A stretch of DNA of 64,000 nucleotides from Fistulifera solaris (lineage: Eukaryota). The notes under the pieces are model-generated. The model made no database searches. It worked only from the letters and a program-made list of their open reading frames with translations, and was not told the DNA's origin. Shown one piece after another: positions 11,701 through 24,900 of the stretch; positions within the stretch are counted from its first letter, which is position 1, and each line of letters starts with the position of its first letter. Location of the stretch: NCBI GenBank assembly GCA_030295235.1, contig AP026124.1, positions 1,550,001 through 1,614,000 on the forward strand, given 5' to 3'. Position numbers and translations under genes: made by a program.

Positions 11701-13811
11701 GGCCAAAGCGCCTACAGAGGTGCGCTTGCACGGCAATATTGTGCTTACATTTTCTTAGATAACAAAGTCTGCATGATCCAACGAGCCTGGAAAAGACATT
11801 TATCCTCTCATGTATTTCGGAAGGTCCGTCGAGCAGTGATCTTTGTACAGAATAGTCATAGGCGCCGATTGGCAAAAAGGAGTTGATACGGCTTCGACAA
11901 TTAGCTCGAGATGTGAAGGCGGTCGCAGCAGAACGCGACAAATTTAGGGAAGAATCCCGTAAGTTAAAGGAAGAACTTGAAAAGGCAAAGAAAGCTGTGG
12001 AGACACCCAAAGTTGTTTACAAGACCGTTCAGGCAAATCCAACGCGTTCTGAAGAGGTAGAGAGGCTGAAGGCTGAGCTGCAGCGTTTGCGAACAGAGCT
12101 TTCTGTCGTGAAAACAAAGCAAACTTCTCCTCGAAATCAGACTGCAGAATTAGCTCGCTTAAGAGAGGAACTTTCTCGCAGGGAAGAACAGCTTGATTTT
12201 CTCCGCCAAGAAGTTAGCTCTCTACGTTCGCACGGAGATTCTTTTTCGATTCAGTCCTTCGTCATCGAAATTAATCCAAAAGATCGAATGAGTCCGCTAC
12301 CCCTCACCTCTTCAAGAAGCCCCATGCATTCGCCTGATGTTAGCCTCCTTGATGAAGTCATTGACAGTGATAACCAAGCTGTGTTTACAAGTCCACTGCC
12401 GGTTAAGGATTCACCGGCTCTTGACGTATTGTCTCCAAATGGATCCAATGGTACTGAACTCAGATATTTATTCAGTGCCATCAGACAAAGGAACACCAGA
12501 CTTTTTGCTCAGATCCTCAAACAGAGTAATGAACCTTGCGCTCTTGTTAACGAGATCGATCACCACGGGAGAAGTGCGATACATGTCGCGACTTTATGCA
12601 ACGTTCCTGAAATCGTTGAGATCCTTCTTCAACAAGGAGCAGCGACAAACGTGCAGGACGTCGATGGAGAAACACCGCTACACCTTGCTGGAAATGCCTC
12701 AATGATTGAATTGCTGCTAAAGAGAGGCAACGCTAATCCCAACATTCCTAACTTGGATGGAATTTGTTCGCTTCATTTAGCTGTCCAACGACGTGACATT
12801 CAATCTGTTAAAACACTTTTGATGTTCAACGCCGATATGAACTCAGCCGATAATATTCGATGGTTCACCTCGCTCCACCTTATAGCCCTTTCGCCTCGAA
12901 GTGACGTGATGCCCAGCAAAGAGGCCGATTTGGGATCTCGGATAGCTCAACTTTTAACCTCAAAGCACGGGAATCATTCTCCGGATCTTGACTATCAAGA
13001 TCGTGAAGGGAATGCACCATTGCATTACGCGGTGCAGCTTGAAAGTGAAGATGCATGCCGTGTCGTTTCAGTTTTCTTGGGCAAAGGTGCTAACCCCAAT
13101 ATATGTAACGAACGTAACCAGAGTCCGCTACACTTGTTGTGTCACAATGAGGAACTCAGAGCATTGAACGTCTTTCACGAAATTTTGCATTCTATGCTGT
13201 TTCACGGTGCTGATCCAAACCAGCAGTCCCTCACGGGGTGCACTCCTTTACATTTAAGTCTCTACCACAAAGATATCGGGAGCGCTGTACAACTTGTCGC
13301 TCGGGGAGCCGAGTTGCATTTACTTTGGAAAAGGTAAGGGCAATGGACGATGAGAGTTTTATTCTGATCGTGTTTCAGACTTGAGCTAATGGGCTGTTCT
13401 ATTACTATTTAGCCAAAGAGATGGAACTGTTTTTGGAAGGACACCGGAGAGCAAGAGATTCTGGCTTTAGATATGCTCGAGGATGATCATTCGCTACATC
13501 GTATTCTTTCAGCCATAAATCGACCTCAGAAGTGGGCGCCTACGCGTTCCTGGTGCATGCATTGCAAAGGCGCATTGGGGACGCGCACTAGGGCGCTCCA
13601 CTGCCGCCACTGCAGTCGATTGGTTTGCGGCGACTGTTCTACTTCGTGCCTTTCGTCGGATTTTTTCCCCAAAAGCTTTAGTGTCAGCGAACCATCGTGG
13701 GTGTGTTGTGCATGTGAGAAGATCCTCAGGGGACGCAAAGAGGATATGAGTAATGAGACTCAACCAGCATCATCGTCGTATGGGGACGACGATGACCAAT
13801 TTTCCTGTTGA
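8773..13811 (+). CDS. Unconventional myosin: motor, IQ, coiled coil, ankyrin repeats, FYVE
   Basis: GESGAGKT, NDNSSRFGK, DIFGFE motifs; IQ repeats; ankyrin repeats (GETPLHLA); FYVE-like HCRHCSRLVC...C. Frameshift ~11875 and intron ~13334-13412 with a one-base phase error. Confidence 0.92.
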
Positions 13812-13953
13812 ATTCTATATAAAAATTTATTTGTTCCAAAAGTTGGTGTTAATAGATAAGCTCTTTTCTTGTAGCTTGAGCTTGTCCGTTGATTGTGTCT
13901 TCGGTGTGACCCAAAGAGCCTTAGACTGAGAGGTCAATAGCTTCTGATCTGAG

Positions 13954-14170
13954 TCATGACTCAAATACAGTCGTGCCGAAAAACGAACAACACAATGGGC
14001 AGAAAGTAAATATGGATAATAACGATTCACAAGTTTTATCGACGTTCCGAGTCGATACGTGCATTGATAATAATACTAATAATAATAATAAGGCCGTAAT
14101 GAAAAGCAATGAAGGTAAGTAGCAGTCTGGCTCGGAAGAATAATAATTCATGACTCAAATGCAGTCGTGC
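13954..14170. repeat. Direct repeat TCATGACTCAAAT(A/G)CAGTCGTGC, two copies
   Basis: Copies at 13954-13976 and 14148-14170, one mismatch. Confidence 0.8.
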
Positions 14171-14588
14171 GCGCCTATCACTTTTTAGAAAAAGGAGCCC
14201 ACACCCCACACAAACTGCTATACTTCTCGCTGCTAGTGACGTGGCCTTCGCAACTCGTTCAGTCGTTGGTTGAGTCCCGTAATCCAAGCTGGTATCTTTG
14301 ATTCATGAGTTCGGATACCACACTTTATCCTATAGAAAATGAAGTGTTGCATCACGTTAATGAATCCCGGATCCTGGTTGAAGTCGAAAGCCTGGATACC
14401 CTCGTGCTTTGCCGTGTCGCGTGGGGTGCACCTCTTTTCGGTCGACCCCAAGCTCAACTTGAAAGATTCAACTTCTTTGGTCGGCTTTTTGCGACAAAGC
14501 GAAAGACGCACCTTGTATTGCAACTCCTTGTGCCGTAGGCTGTTTTCATTGATTATATTGGCTTGTTTGTATGAATAACAGCAACAAC

Positions 14589-15767
14589 ATGAAATTCGTT
14601 TTTGTTAACGCCGTCCTTCTGCTGGCGAATGCTCATGCGTTCACTTGTTCCGGACGCTTTGGTGTAAGCTCCGTTGCTTTGCATTCTACTGTGACAGAGA
14701 AAACGGATGTAGCCACTGAAACGGCTACTCCGCGAACGAAGGAGAAAAGGAAGGTTTTAACAGAACCTAATCTATGGGAATACAACTTCGGCTTACAAGA
14801 CCCCAAAATTCCGCTGCCGCATGGCCTTGTACAAGACGTCTCCCCACCAGAGAAATTCCAAGTTACAGAGGAGCAAATTCGAACTCTCGAAGAGGACGGC
14901 GTCGTGCTCTTGAAAGGCGTATTCGATGAGGAATGGGTTGATTACATGAGAAAAGCAACCACCTTTCAAACAGAAAATCCCCACTTCTGGGCTTTTGCCG
15001 GAACTGCCTCCAAACTTTATGACTATATTCAACGCAACGTTTGGCAAACAAACAGAGCGTTCGCGAACTTTTACTATCACTCGGCCATAGGGGATGTTCT
15101 GCGACAGTGTGGGAGAACGGATGAAATTCGTGTTTCCACTGACCTTCTCATGGTCAATCCGAACAAGGGGTTTAAGTGGCATCAAGATAACCAAAATGGA
15201 CCTATTACAACTGATGAAGGAATCCGGTTTTGGATTACCATGGATGAGACTCCTAAAGACTATGGAGCACCAGTCTATTTAAAGCGATCACACTTCAACA
15301 CGGCCGTCGATCCTGAAGCGGTCTTCGTTGATATCAATCAGGAAGGTCTGGAAGAATACCGTGACCAACAACTTGAATTCCGAACCATGCCAGGTGATAT
15401 GCTCATCTGGCACCCTCGAACGATTCACAAAATCGATGGTCCTGAAGATGGCATCTGGGAATCCTATCGACGCGTTCTGGGTGGAACGGTAGCCAAGGGA
15501 GGTACACTGTACCACGACAAACGAGGAACAGGGGGCGTTCTTTCCGACCTCGGTAAGCACGGATTGGTGGACGGTGACAAATTGGACTCGCCTTTCTTCC
15601 CCATCATCTACCCCCGACCGAATAAGCATGAGATTGCCGAGCGCGATGCGGGGCGTGTGGGGCGAAATTTCAACGACATTGTATCGAAGGTGGGAGGCAT
15701 GATTACCTCTACATCAACAAAGAAATTCGCTAGCTTCTTTGCCGTAATGGGCAGTAGGAGTAAATAA
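14589..15767 (+). CDS. PhyH-family Fe(II)/2-oxoglutarate dioxygenase, plastid-targeted
   Basis: WHQD iron-binding motif and GDMLIWHPRTIH distal His; signal peptide ending AHA-F. Confidence 0.85.
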   Translation: MKFVFVNAVLLLANAHAFTCSGRFGVSSVALHSTVTEKTDVATETATPRTKEKRKVLTEPNLWEYNFGLQDPKIPLPHGLVQDVSPPEKFQVTEEQIRTLEEDGVVLLKGVFDEEWVDYMRKATTFQTENPHFWAFAGTASKLYDYIQRNVWQTNRAFANFYYHSAIGDVLRQCGRTDEIRVSTDLLMVNPNKGFKWHQDNQNGPITTDEGIRFWITMDETPKDYGAPVYLKRSHFNTAVDPEAVFVDINQEGLEEYRDQQLEFRTMPGDMLIWHPRTIHKIDGPEDGIWESYRRVLGGTVAKGGTLYHDKRGTGGVLSDLGKHGLVDGDKLDSPFFPIIYPRPNKHEIAERDAGRVGRNFNDIVSKVGGMITSTSTKKFASFFAVMGSRSK

Positions 15768-15987
15768 GTCATTTCAAAATCTCAGTTTCTTCTTGTCGCA
15801 AGTCGCAAACGCGCATTGTTTGACAGTAATTCTTGCCGGAACTTACCCATAGACGGGGTACAGGCGATTTACATTCTATTAATTAATATCTCTTTGCAAG
15901 TACTTCTTGCCCGTTGGTTTTCTCTTCGATTGAATTTCTACCGATGAAATAGGGGTTCTACAGTCTTACAGGGGAACGGTTTAACTT

Positions 15988-18900
15988 CTATGTGCCAATC
16001 AGGTCCGCTGCCGTCATCCATTGTTGCAGGGACTTTTCGTCGATGCCCATCCTAGTTGCTGCCTCTCTTGTGATTGTACTGATTTCGTTAGAAGATTTCG
16101 GATCCTGCAACAGAACACCTGCTGTTGCTAAAAGTGTAATAGCATTTTGAAAATGCTCATTAAGGAGATCATTCATGGTCTTCTTCAAATGTTTGGAAAT
16201 TGGTCGGTGCTCATCGTCTACAAGCGGCTCATTCCTTTCGGTAAAGAAATCTTCGAGGACTAACAGCACCGATTGCCAAATAGGAGAAATGTTTGAACCG
16301 GAACTAATAACGTCTCGAATGTGATGTCTCAACGGTTTAAAGATTAGTCCAATGCACAGTTCGAATTCAATCATCAACTCATCGGAGCTTGATTTCGCGT
16401 CGTTCCCAAACTGCAACCTTGTAATGCAACGTCCCGCGAGAGGCACGCAAATGTCAGTCAGTACACCGCAGATGTCCGATATGGGGACGAGCCCCACTTG
16501 ACGATCAAGAGTTAAGTTCGTTAACATTGATAGAGCGTGTTGCCTTACATTCTGTGGTAAAGGAGAAAGTCAGTAAATGTGAAATAGTGAATTGATCAAG
16601 CAGCGACAAACTCACCGAATCTGACGATTTTTCGCATGTATCAGCTAAAATTTCGACAACTTTCCGCCAGAAAGTGGCCAGAAACTGATTGTTTTCGGAA
16701 TTGTCCGTAGTTTCAATAGTAGCCATTTTCTTTTGTACGAAATTGCAAAGCAGATCAAGGGTCGCGACACTCAGCTGAGTGTACCTTCGGTTTTCTCCGG
16801 TCCAGATAAGCGTTTCTAAACTGCCAATAACAGACACGGGCACTTTATCGTCGAGCTCTTTGGTATTGAGAATCAAATGCAACGACCTGTAGCACTGAAG
16901 TGCTACGTCGTCTTCAGGGAGACCTGTCTCGTAAAGAGAAGGTGCAATTCGTTTTAGCGATGATCCACGTGTAGCACACCAGTTAAAAAGGGCAATAACG
17001 CCTTCCCATCCATCATTCTTAAGGTTGACTAACTCCTCTACTTGCGCTACAATACGCCACAATCCTTCGCCGATGTGCTTGTCGAGAGCACGGAGAGGAG
17101 AAGATGCGTGCTGTTCTTCATTTACAGGGAGTAGATATTTCCAAGATGAAAGCACCTCATTAGCCAAATCGATTCTTTTCACCGCATAAACACTTAATCT
17201 AATCAGACCAGTCACTCGTTTTTCAAGTCCTGGATCTACGGGTATTTTGGTGGAAACTGATTCGCCAGCAGGGCTGACCAAAATACTTGTCAATCTTCCT
17301 AAATAGTGGTCCTGTAAAGTATCTTTCCACAACTCTCCCAAACGATCTTTATTTTTCAGAGCGATTTCGCAAAGAATAACTTCAGCCAAAGCTTCAGAGG
17401 CCGGGGAAACAGGCACGTTATGAAGCAGTGGAGCCAAGGTGGACAGATTGCTCGATGTGTCACTCACAGAGCGCTCTAGTCCATCCCCCTCTCTTGGGTA
17501 TATCAGGTACATGATCATACGCCGTTTGCGCTGGCTGTGTTACCATCGCCATCAAGGACTTCAAAAGAGTTGTGATGCCAGGATAATCCATGAATCTGCT
17601 ATCGCTCACAAGAGATTCAAACGAACAACTTTGCCGCAATCTCTCACGCACGAGTGACCTTGGCGACATTTGATATTGTCGTGTTTCGTCAACGCGTTCA
17701 AGGCCAGTGACCGGCATATTCATTCTCTGGCTCATGTTTAAACTTTCACGAATCAGCAGGTTCTGAAACGCAGCACCCGGCGTTGCATGCAACAAGTCAT
17801 CGCTTGAAAACGACGGTTCTGTCGATGAATCTGCGTCGGTGTCGCTCGCTCCACTCTCATTCCATACAACAAGATCATTTTTCCCGTGACTGTCGACCTG
17901 GCGGGAGAAGCCGATGGGATCAACGCCTGAATAATCTTCCTCGTGTTTTGGATCGTCTGATCCAAACAGTGCTCTACCAAATGCTCCTAGAACAGATCCA
18001 TAGGACGTCCTGTTTTTCATCTTGCTTGTATTGGCATCATACTCCATGTCACCCTTGACAACGCGTATAATCCATTCCCTACGGGCTTCGTCTGTCAACA
18101 AGTCGGCGTCAGATTCATGAAACAAACTCCCAACATTACTCGAGCTGCTTCGAGCTAACACTTTCAGATCTCTCAATTCAAACAATATAGCCCAGACGTG
18201 CTTCCAGCACTCTTCGTCTAAATCTTCTCCGGCCGAAACTGCAATTTTAAAAACTACAATGATGGCACTTTGTTTTTCAATGGAGTTAGACAGCGCCCAT
18301 GCGCGTTCAACTGCATTTTCTGTGTAGTCATTTATCAATCCTGTGTAGTAGCATACAGAAATGAAGGCCTTTCGAAAAATATCAAGCCTTCCGATCTGCC
18401 GAATTCCATTCAACATTTCCACTGACATGTCCATGGCTAAACGGGCCCCTTGAATGCCCATCATCGCGCCATGTGCAGCATTCTGTGGAAACGACCTTCC
18501 ATTGCTTCCACCAGACGACCTGCGGTTTTGTGTGATTGCGGTCGATCCGTCTCCATACGGTGACGTAACAGTACTCCATAGCCCACCGATGGCCGATAAA
18601 ATAGGCTTCCACGCTTGCTCCAAGACCAGTTCACTCAAATCTTCCACATCGTGGCGACTGGGATGAAAGCAGTCAGTATCGGAGGTCACTTCATTTGATC
18701 GACGAAGCACATCCTTCCATCGCTCCACGGTCATTGCCCCATCTGCCCCCTCTCCTTCTGTTCGAATTTCTTCTTCTTTAATACTATCGTAGATACTAAC
18801 CAGAAACGCACGCGGAAATTCCTTCCCTTCTTCCGTGATGTCACGACCGTAGTCAGTATTATTCTTAACAAAGTCATCAACTGACATTTTCCTGTCTTCC

Positions 18901-21030
18901 CGAATGTTCGTATTATGTTGATCGGTGTTGAGCATGATGATGCTGAACGAGAGTAAGTATGCTGCATCACTGGCCCGTTTGGGGTCTTCCGAAAAGAGGT
19001 TGAGTCTGCACGACTCTTCGCAGACCCTTCCGCATGAATCAGCGAAAGCCTGAAGGATGCGGTCGATTTGCTGAGCTTCGCCAGGAAGACGAAACGATGC
19101 CAAGAACATACGGAGTCCATCTAACAAGCTCTGTCGCTCAAACTGAAATAAATTGCAGTAAGCTTGAAGAACCTCTCTATGAAACCAGTCACGCTCCCAG
19201 GTGGGAGGGGACTTTCCGGCTACAGGTGCCTTTCCAGCTTCACCCAAATAGGCTCCGACAGCTTTTTTATCCAAGCCCACAACAATCCCATCTCGAAGGA
19301 ATGAAGCAACACTAGCCGGAGATATGGGATCTTTGACCAAGCCAGCGTCTAATAAAAATTCAATGCCTCGAGAAGCTTTCACATTGAAAACCCGCGCCGC
19401 TTTTCTCAATAATCGCTTACGGCATTTAAGGCCGCGAAGGAAATGGTCATCTTCCGTGTCGGAGCCAACTTCAGACCCTACTTGACGTGATAAAATAGAG
19501 CGCCTCCTTTGTGACCTTTCCATCATTGTCTGGTCAGATGCCTTGTCATCACGAAATAAACATTTCATTGCGCCTTGAATTGCTTGAGCACATAGTTCCT
19601 TTAAGTGGGCTGGCACATGCCTCCAAGGACGCTGACCCGGCTTTACAACTATTAAAGTATCACCGTCGGTGACAGCCTCTGCAGGCGTTGCGGAAGGAGT
19701 TGACGTGTCTTCTTCGGTATAAACTGCACTAGATGCAGGTGTCAACGCATCTTCACCTTCTACGTCAGCTGACCCACCACAGCAGCGACAAAGCTCAACT
19801 ATTAGACCCATAGCGACATCCGCACGACGCATATGACAATCATAGAATGAAAATATCGTTTCGAGTGCCCCACCATCTCCGTCCGCAATAGAATGCTGAT
19901 GATCGTGAAGACTAAAAAGATCAACTAAAGACTCGAGAATGATTTCTACTTCGGCATCGAAAATCAAATTGGCATTGAAGGAAATAGAATCTTCTGGTTG
20001 TGGTCGCTTCCGTAGGAGCACAAGGGCACGCGTGTAAAAATCCAGTAAAAATTGTTTCAAACTGAGCAACAAGGTGTTGTCTCAACGGGAGGCATGTCCA
20101 TAGAATACCCACCGTGGCGCATATTTCCGACAGCACTTCCATGGAAACGAATCCCGGACTAATATTAGAGCTTTCGTCATGATATGCCCATATTGCCTGG
20201 CCTGTCATCAGCAAAGATAGGCACAAGTCGTCTTGGATAATCTGAATAAGGGTGCGTTCCTTCTCACTCGGTTCCGTTGATGCCTCGTATGTCGTCCAGT
20301 CAACCGACTGCAAAGCCGTTCGAACCAATCTCAGACAAAGAACACGGCTTGCGTCGTGTACAATTTGTGCTTCTTGTATGGTGTCGTCGAGGGCGTTACC
20401 CCCAACCAGAGGGGTGTTCAACAACTGGTTGACAATGAACTCCATGATCGGCACGGAAGCTTTTTCGCGAAAGACGACATGAACTGTTTCCAGCAAAACT
20501 TTCTCGAAATGATAGCACAGCGCTGGTGAATGCACAAAGGTGTTTCGGGTTGACAGAATGGTCGTCAAAGCCTCAACCGTGTCCTTCTGCTGAAGGGCAG
20601 CCACTTCAGTTCGTACCAGCAAACCTAAAACATCAGCGATCGCCATTTCAACGGCCTCGTCCGCGCCTGGATCTGTCTGCTCAAATTTACAGTCCAGCAC
20701 CGCCTTGGCAACTGCGGTGGGAGGAACTTGTAATGTCGCAAATGCAGTAAGCAACAGGCGCTGAATAGATTGTAAAGCGACTAATGTATGAGGTCCAGCT
20801 GCACGGGGATCGACAACCACCTGAAGGAACGGGGCCGCAATATGGTGATTTGTAACGTCATTCTCTTCTTTTGAGTCGACTAAGGTGGTGCACAACACTC
20901 TTAGGTCAATTAAATCTTGCGCCAAGTCACCCCGAGCAACGTGGGGAGGACCCCCTCGCAAAGACGTCAAAACCCAGCTTGCTTCTTGAGAAACCTGGCG
21001 CAAAGCACCAGTTCTTTCCGTTGATGTCAT
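15988..21030 (-). CDS. Large Sec7 ARF guanine-nucleotide exchange factor (GBF1/GNOM-like)
   Basis: FRLPGEAQQIDRI and AYLLSFSIIMLNTDQHN Sec7 motifs; N-terminal CKFEQTD; frameshifts ~20040 and ~17490; intron 16552-16615. Confidence 0.9.
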
Positions 21031-21913
21031 TAAGCTCGATGAAAACTTTGAAATGGTATCAGTGTTAAGGCAAAAGGGATAAAGAAATGATTAATGCAGA
21101 GGGTCTTATTAATGACAATGCAAAATGAGATGCCCGCGACGGCACACGAGACGAGAAAAGTCTTCATTGCCCCAGGCGATGACAGGCGGTGAGCAGTTCA
21201 TGACTGAATGACGACCCATGACTGCAAACTGCGAGATTTTATGCGTTGGGGTTTTGAAAACGGAGCAGTCTAGAGGTCAAAGTGGAACAAGCTATCTCAA
21301 TTGTTGGGAAAAGTGAAAAAAGTGAAGCATTTTCGGTCATTTCGGGGTGAACACAGCTGATATCCAAGAACATATTTGTGATTGAGGACAACAAGACCTT
21401 TACGCGGTGCTGTAAAAAATGACAAGTCATAGGAATGTAATGCTGCCTCTTATGGACTCTTCAATAACGGTACCGATGGATAAATTTACATTCTTCTATC
21501 GTTTTATATTAAATCTGCAAGAATGAGGCAGTAGTTATCCGTATTCGACGTGTTCCGGGACTGAAATTTGCTTCAGTCGTCGAAACCCTTTGTACACTTA
21601 ATCGTATACATAAACACTTCCCGCCATAGAGGCCAATGTGAGGTTTCCGTTGCAATACTAACATTTGCTAATTAGTTGGTACCGCTACGATTTAGACATG
21701 CGGCGCAACTCTGGCGGGAAAAACAAAAAATGAAATGCGCTGCATGCGGAACGCAACAGGTACGGTAACCGCGTACCTCGTAATGAAGTAAAAAAAGAAG
21801 ACCACATCCGCATTTTTGCTTTGAATGTTTGCACCTTGCATTGTGTAATAGAATCACACACTAAAACAAACACTTGATAGAGTTGAAGACAGAGACGACA
21901 CACCGGAACAGCA

Positions 21914-24900
21914 ATGCCGGTTTCTTACTTAGAGTTAGAGAATTTTAAATCGTACGCTGGACGACAGAAGATTGGCCCTTTTAAGTCTTTTTACCGCAGG
22001 TTCGTTTTACAAGGATACTGTATTCGCTTTGATGTTCGTACATACGTTTAACTCTGTTTTCTTTATCAAAGTAATCGGGCCTAATGGATCTGGCAAGTCA
22101 AATCTCATGGACGCAATCTCGTTTGTCTTGGGTGTCCAGTCGCGTGACTTGCGGTCGTCTCAACTGAAGGATTTAATCCACCGCAGTCCCCACAACACCT
22201 CGGGACAGCTTTCTTGCAGAGTGACTCTTGTCTATGAACACGAAGACGATGAAGAGGAGGAAGGTGAAACGCAGTTTGGTCGACGCATTGATCCGAGCGG
22301 GCACGGCACGTATTTCGTCAACCATGAGACCGTCACCTTTGCAAAGTATGTCGAAGCACTATCGAGAATCGGCGTTTTAGTAAAAGCTCGAAACTTTCTA
22401 GTGTTTCAGGGAGACGTAGAAGCTCTGGCACGCAAGACGCCCGCGGAGTTGACGCAATTGTTTGAAACGGTGTCCCGATCGATCGAGTACAAAGACGAAT
22501 ATGAGAAAGCTGCCGAAAAAGCCACTGAAGTGGAGCAGTCCGCGCTCCATTCCCTAAGGCAGCAAAAAGTACTTCGACAAGAACGAAAGCTGCTACAAGA
22601 GCAGAAGAACGAGGCAGAAAAGTTTCAGCGTTTGTTGGAAAAGAAAAGGATGCTACAAACTGATCTCTACTTGTGGCAGCTTTATCATTTGGAGCAAGAG
22701 CGACAAGAGAAGCAAACAGCGGTGGATGAAGCGAAGGAAGAACTCGAGGAACAACTCAAGGCGGAATCAGAGGCATCCAAAGCCTTAGCTGCGGCCAAGA
22801 AAGAAGCGAGTACGGTTCGACGACAGCATCAACAAGCTGAGAAGAAACGGGTTCACTGCTCGGCAACGGTGGATCAACTAGACACGGCGCTGCTGCAAAG
22901 CAAACAGCAGGTCGATTCACTTCAAAAGAAACTGACTCAAGATGAGAAGAATCTAAAATTACAGCACGAAAAGGCCGAAAAACACAATGAGACTCTTCAG
23001 GCTATGAAAGACGAAATAGTAGAGTTCCGATCAACTTTGGAGGAACTGGAGAAGGATTATGCTAGTATCAAGCAGTCCGTGGCTGAGGTTTCCTTGACTT
23101 CAGCGCAAGAAAAAGAGTACGAAAGAGTTCGTGAAGCTGCTGCGGCTGCTAGTTCCGAACCGAAACGTAAGCTAGTTGCTTTACAGCGACAGCTCGAATC
23201 TGCACGCTCCAAGGCGGCCACCCAAGACCAAGAGTATCAAGATGCGCTGAAGCAAGCTCGCGAACTTGAGAAGGATGTTGCTGATTTCACGGAACGTCGA
23301 GACAAACTCGCTGAGGTAAGTCGATAGTCTAATCTTGCAGTGCCTTGCAACTGTCGCTCACTCTATTTCTCATCTTTCTTCTGAAGCATCTTGAAAAAGC
23401 CAAAAACGACGTCCAAGCTACTGAGGAAAAACTCCGTTCGCTCCAGGCCAAGAGCCGCGAGACGCAGACACGTCGCGAAGAAATCGACTTTGAACTTGAA
23501 AAGATAGCACAAAGTCTGCGCACAGCAAGCAATGATAACCGTGCCAATCGCGACGAGGGAGAAGTTGCAGGCAGCTATCGCCTCGTTGCAACGAAACTTT
23601 CCTGGAGTACATGGCCGACTGGTAGATTTGTGTCGACCTGCGCAGAAAAAATTTAACCTTGCGGTGACTGTGGCTGCAGGAAAAGATATGGATGCTGTGG
23701 TTGTTGATACAATGAAAACAGGAAAGGAATGCATAGAATATCTACGGGCGCAACGAGTCGGTACTGCTACTTTCTTGCCGCTGGACAGCTTGGAGACTCC
23801 TAAGCTGCAGTCAACGGAAGCCCTTAGAGCACAGATTAGCGGAGATAACAGGTACCGCCTCGCCATCGACGTCATAAATGCAGACGAAACGTATCGACCA
23901 GCCGTGCACTACGCGGTCGGAAACACTGTCGTGGCAGACGATTTAGACTGTGCCCGTGAGCTTTGCTTCGGTGACAATTCCGGTTCCCAGCAAGGGCAAG
24001 CACGCGTGAAAGCTGTCACTTTAGGCGGCTCAGTTATTAGTAAAGCCGGTACAATGACTGGTGGTGTAACAAGAGATGACGACAAGAAAGCTTCGCGCTG
24101 GAAAGACGAGGAAGTAGAGAGGCTACGTGATATGCAGCAGAAACTTGAAGCCGAGAGGGTGGAACTTGACTCCGCTAGTCGTCGCGGTGAAGGCATGCAA
24201 CCTCAATTGGAAGAACTCCGCAATAATTTGGGACGTCTTCGTAATCTCGATCAGTATTCGACGAGTGATCTGGTTTACACGAAGAACCAACTAGCCGAAA
24301 AGGAGACCTTGTACAAGTCTATGAAGAAGACGCTACCAGCTCTGGAGAAGAAAGCATCCGCATGTGACAAAGTCGTCGAAAAACTGAAGAAAGACGTTGA
24401 GGAAGCGCGTCGCAAAGTTGTTGCTGCAGAAGATGAACATCTTGCTCCCTTCCGACAAGCAACTGGACTGAAGGACTTGAAAGCTTATGAAGACAAGATC
24501 GGCAAAAGCCGTGATGAATTCAACGAAAAGAAAAGAACGATTGTCGAGCACATTACCCAATTGGAGCAGCAGCTGACGTACGAGGAAGGTCGCAACTTTT
24601 CTGATAATGTCAAATCGACCGAGAAGCGAATTGAAAACCGGAAGAAGCAACTTGCGAAGGCAAAGAAGAATCTTGTCGATAAACAGAACGAATTGAAAGC
24701 TGCGCAACAGCTGTTGGCCGAAGCCGAAACGGCGGTAGAGGAGGCTGCTCAGGGTGAGAAGGGTGTCGATGCATCGGTGGAAGCAATCCAGGACCAGTAC
24801 TCGGTGGCTCATTCTAAGCGAACCGACATCGCTAAAGACGTGAGTAATTTAGAAGCGAGTCTCGAAAGGCTCCGTGCTAAGTTGCACGAAACGTTACAAA

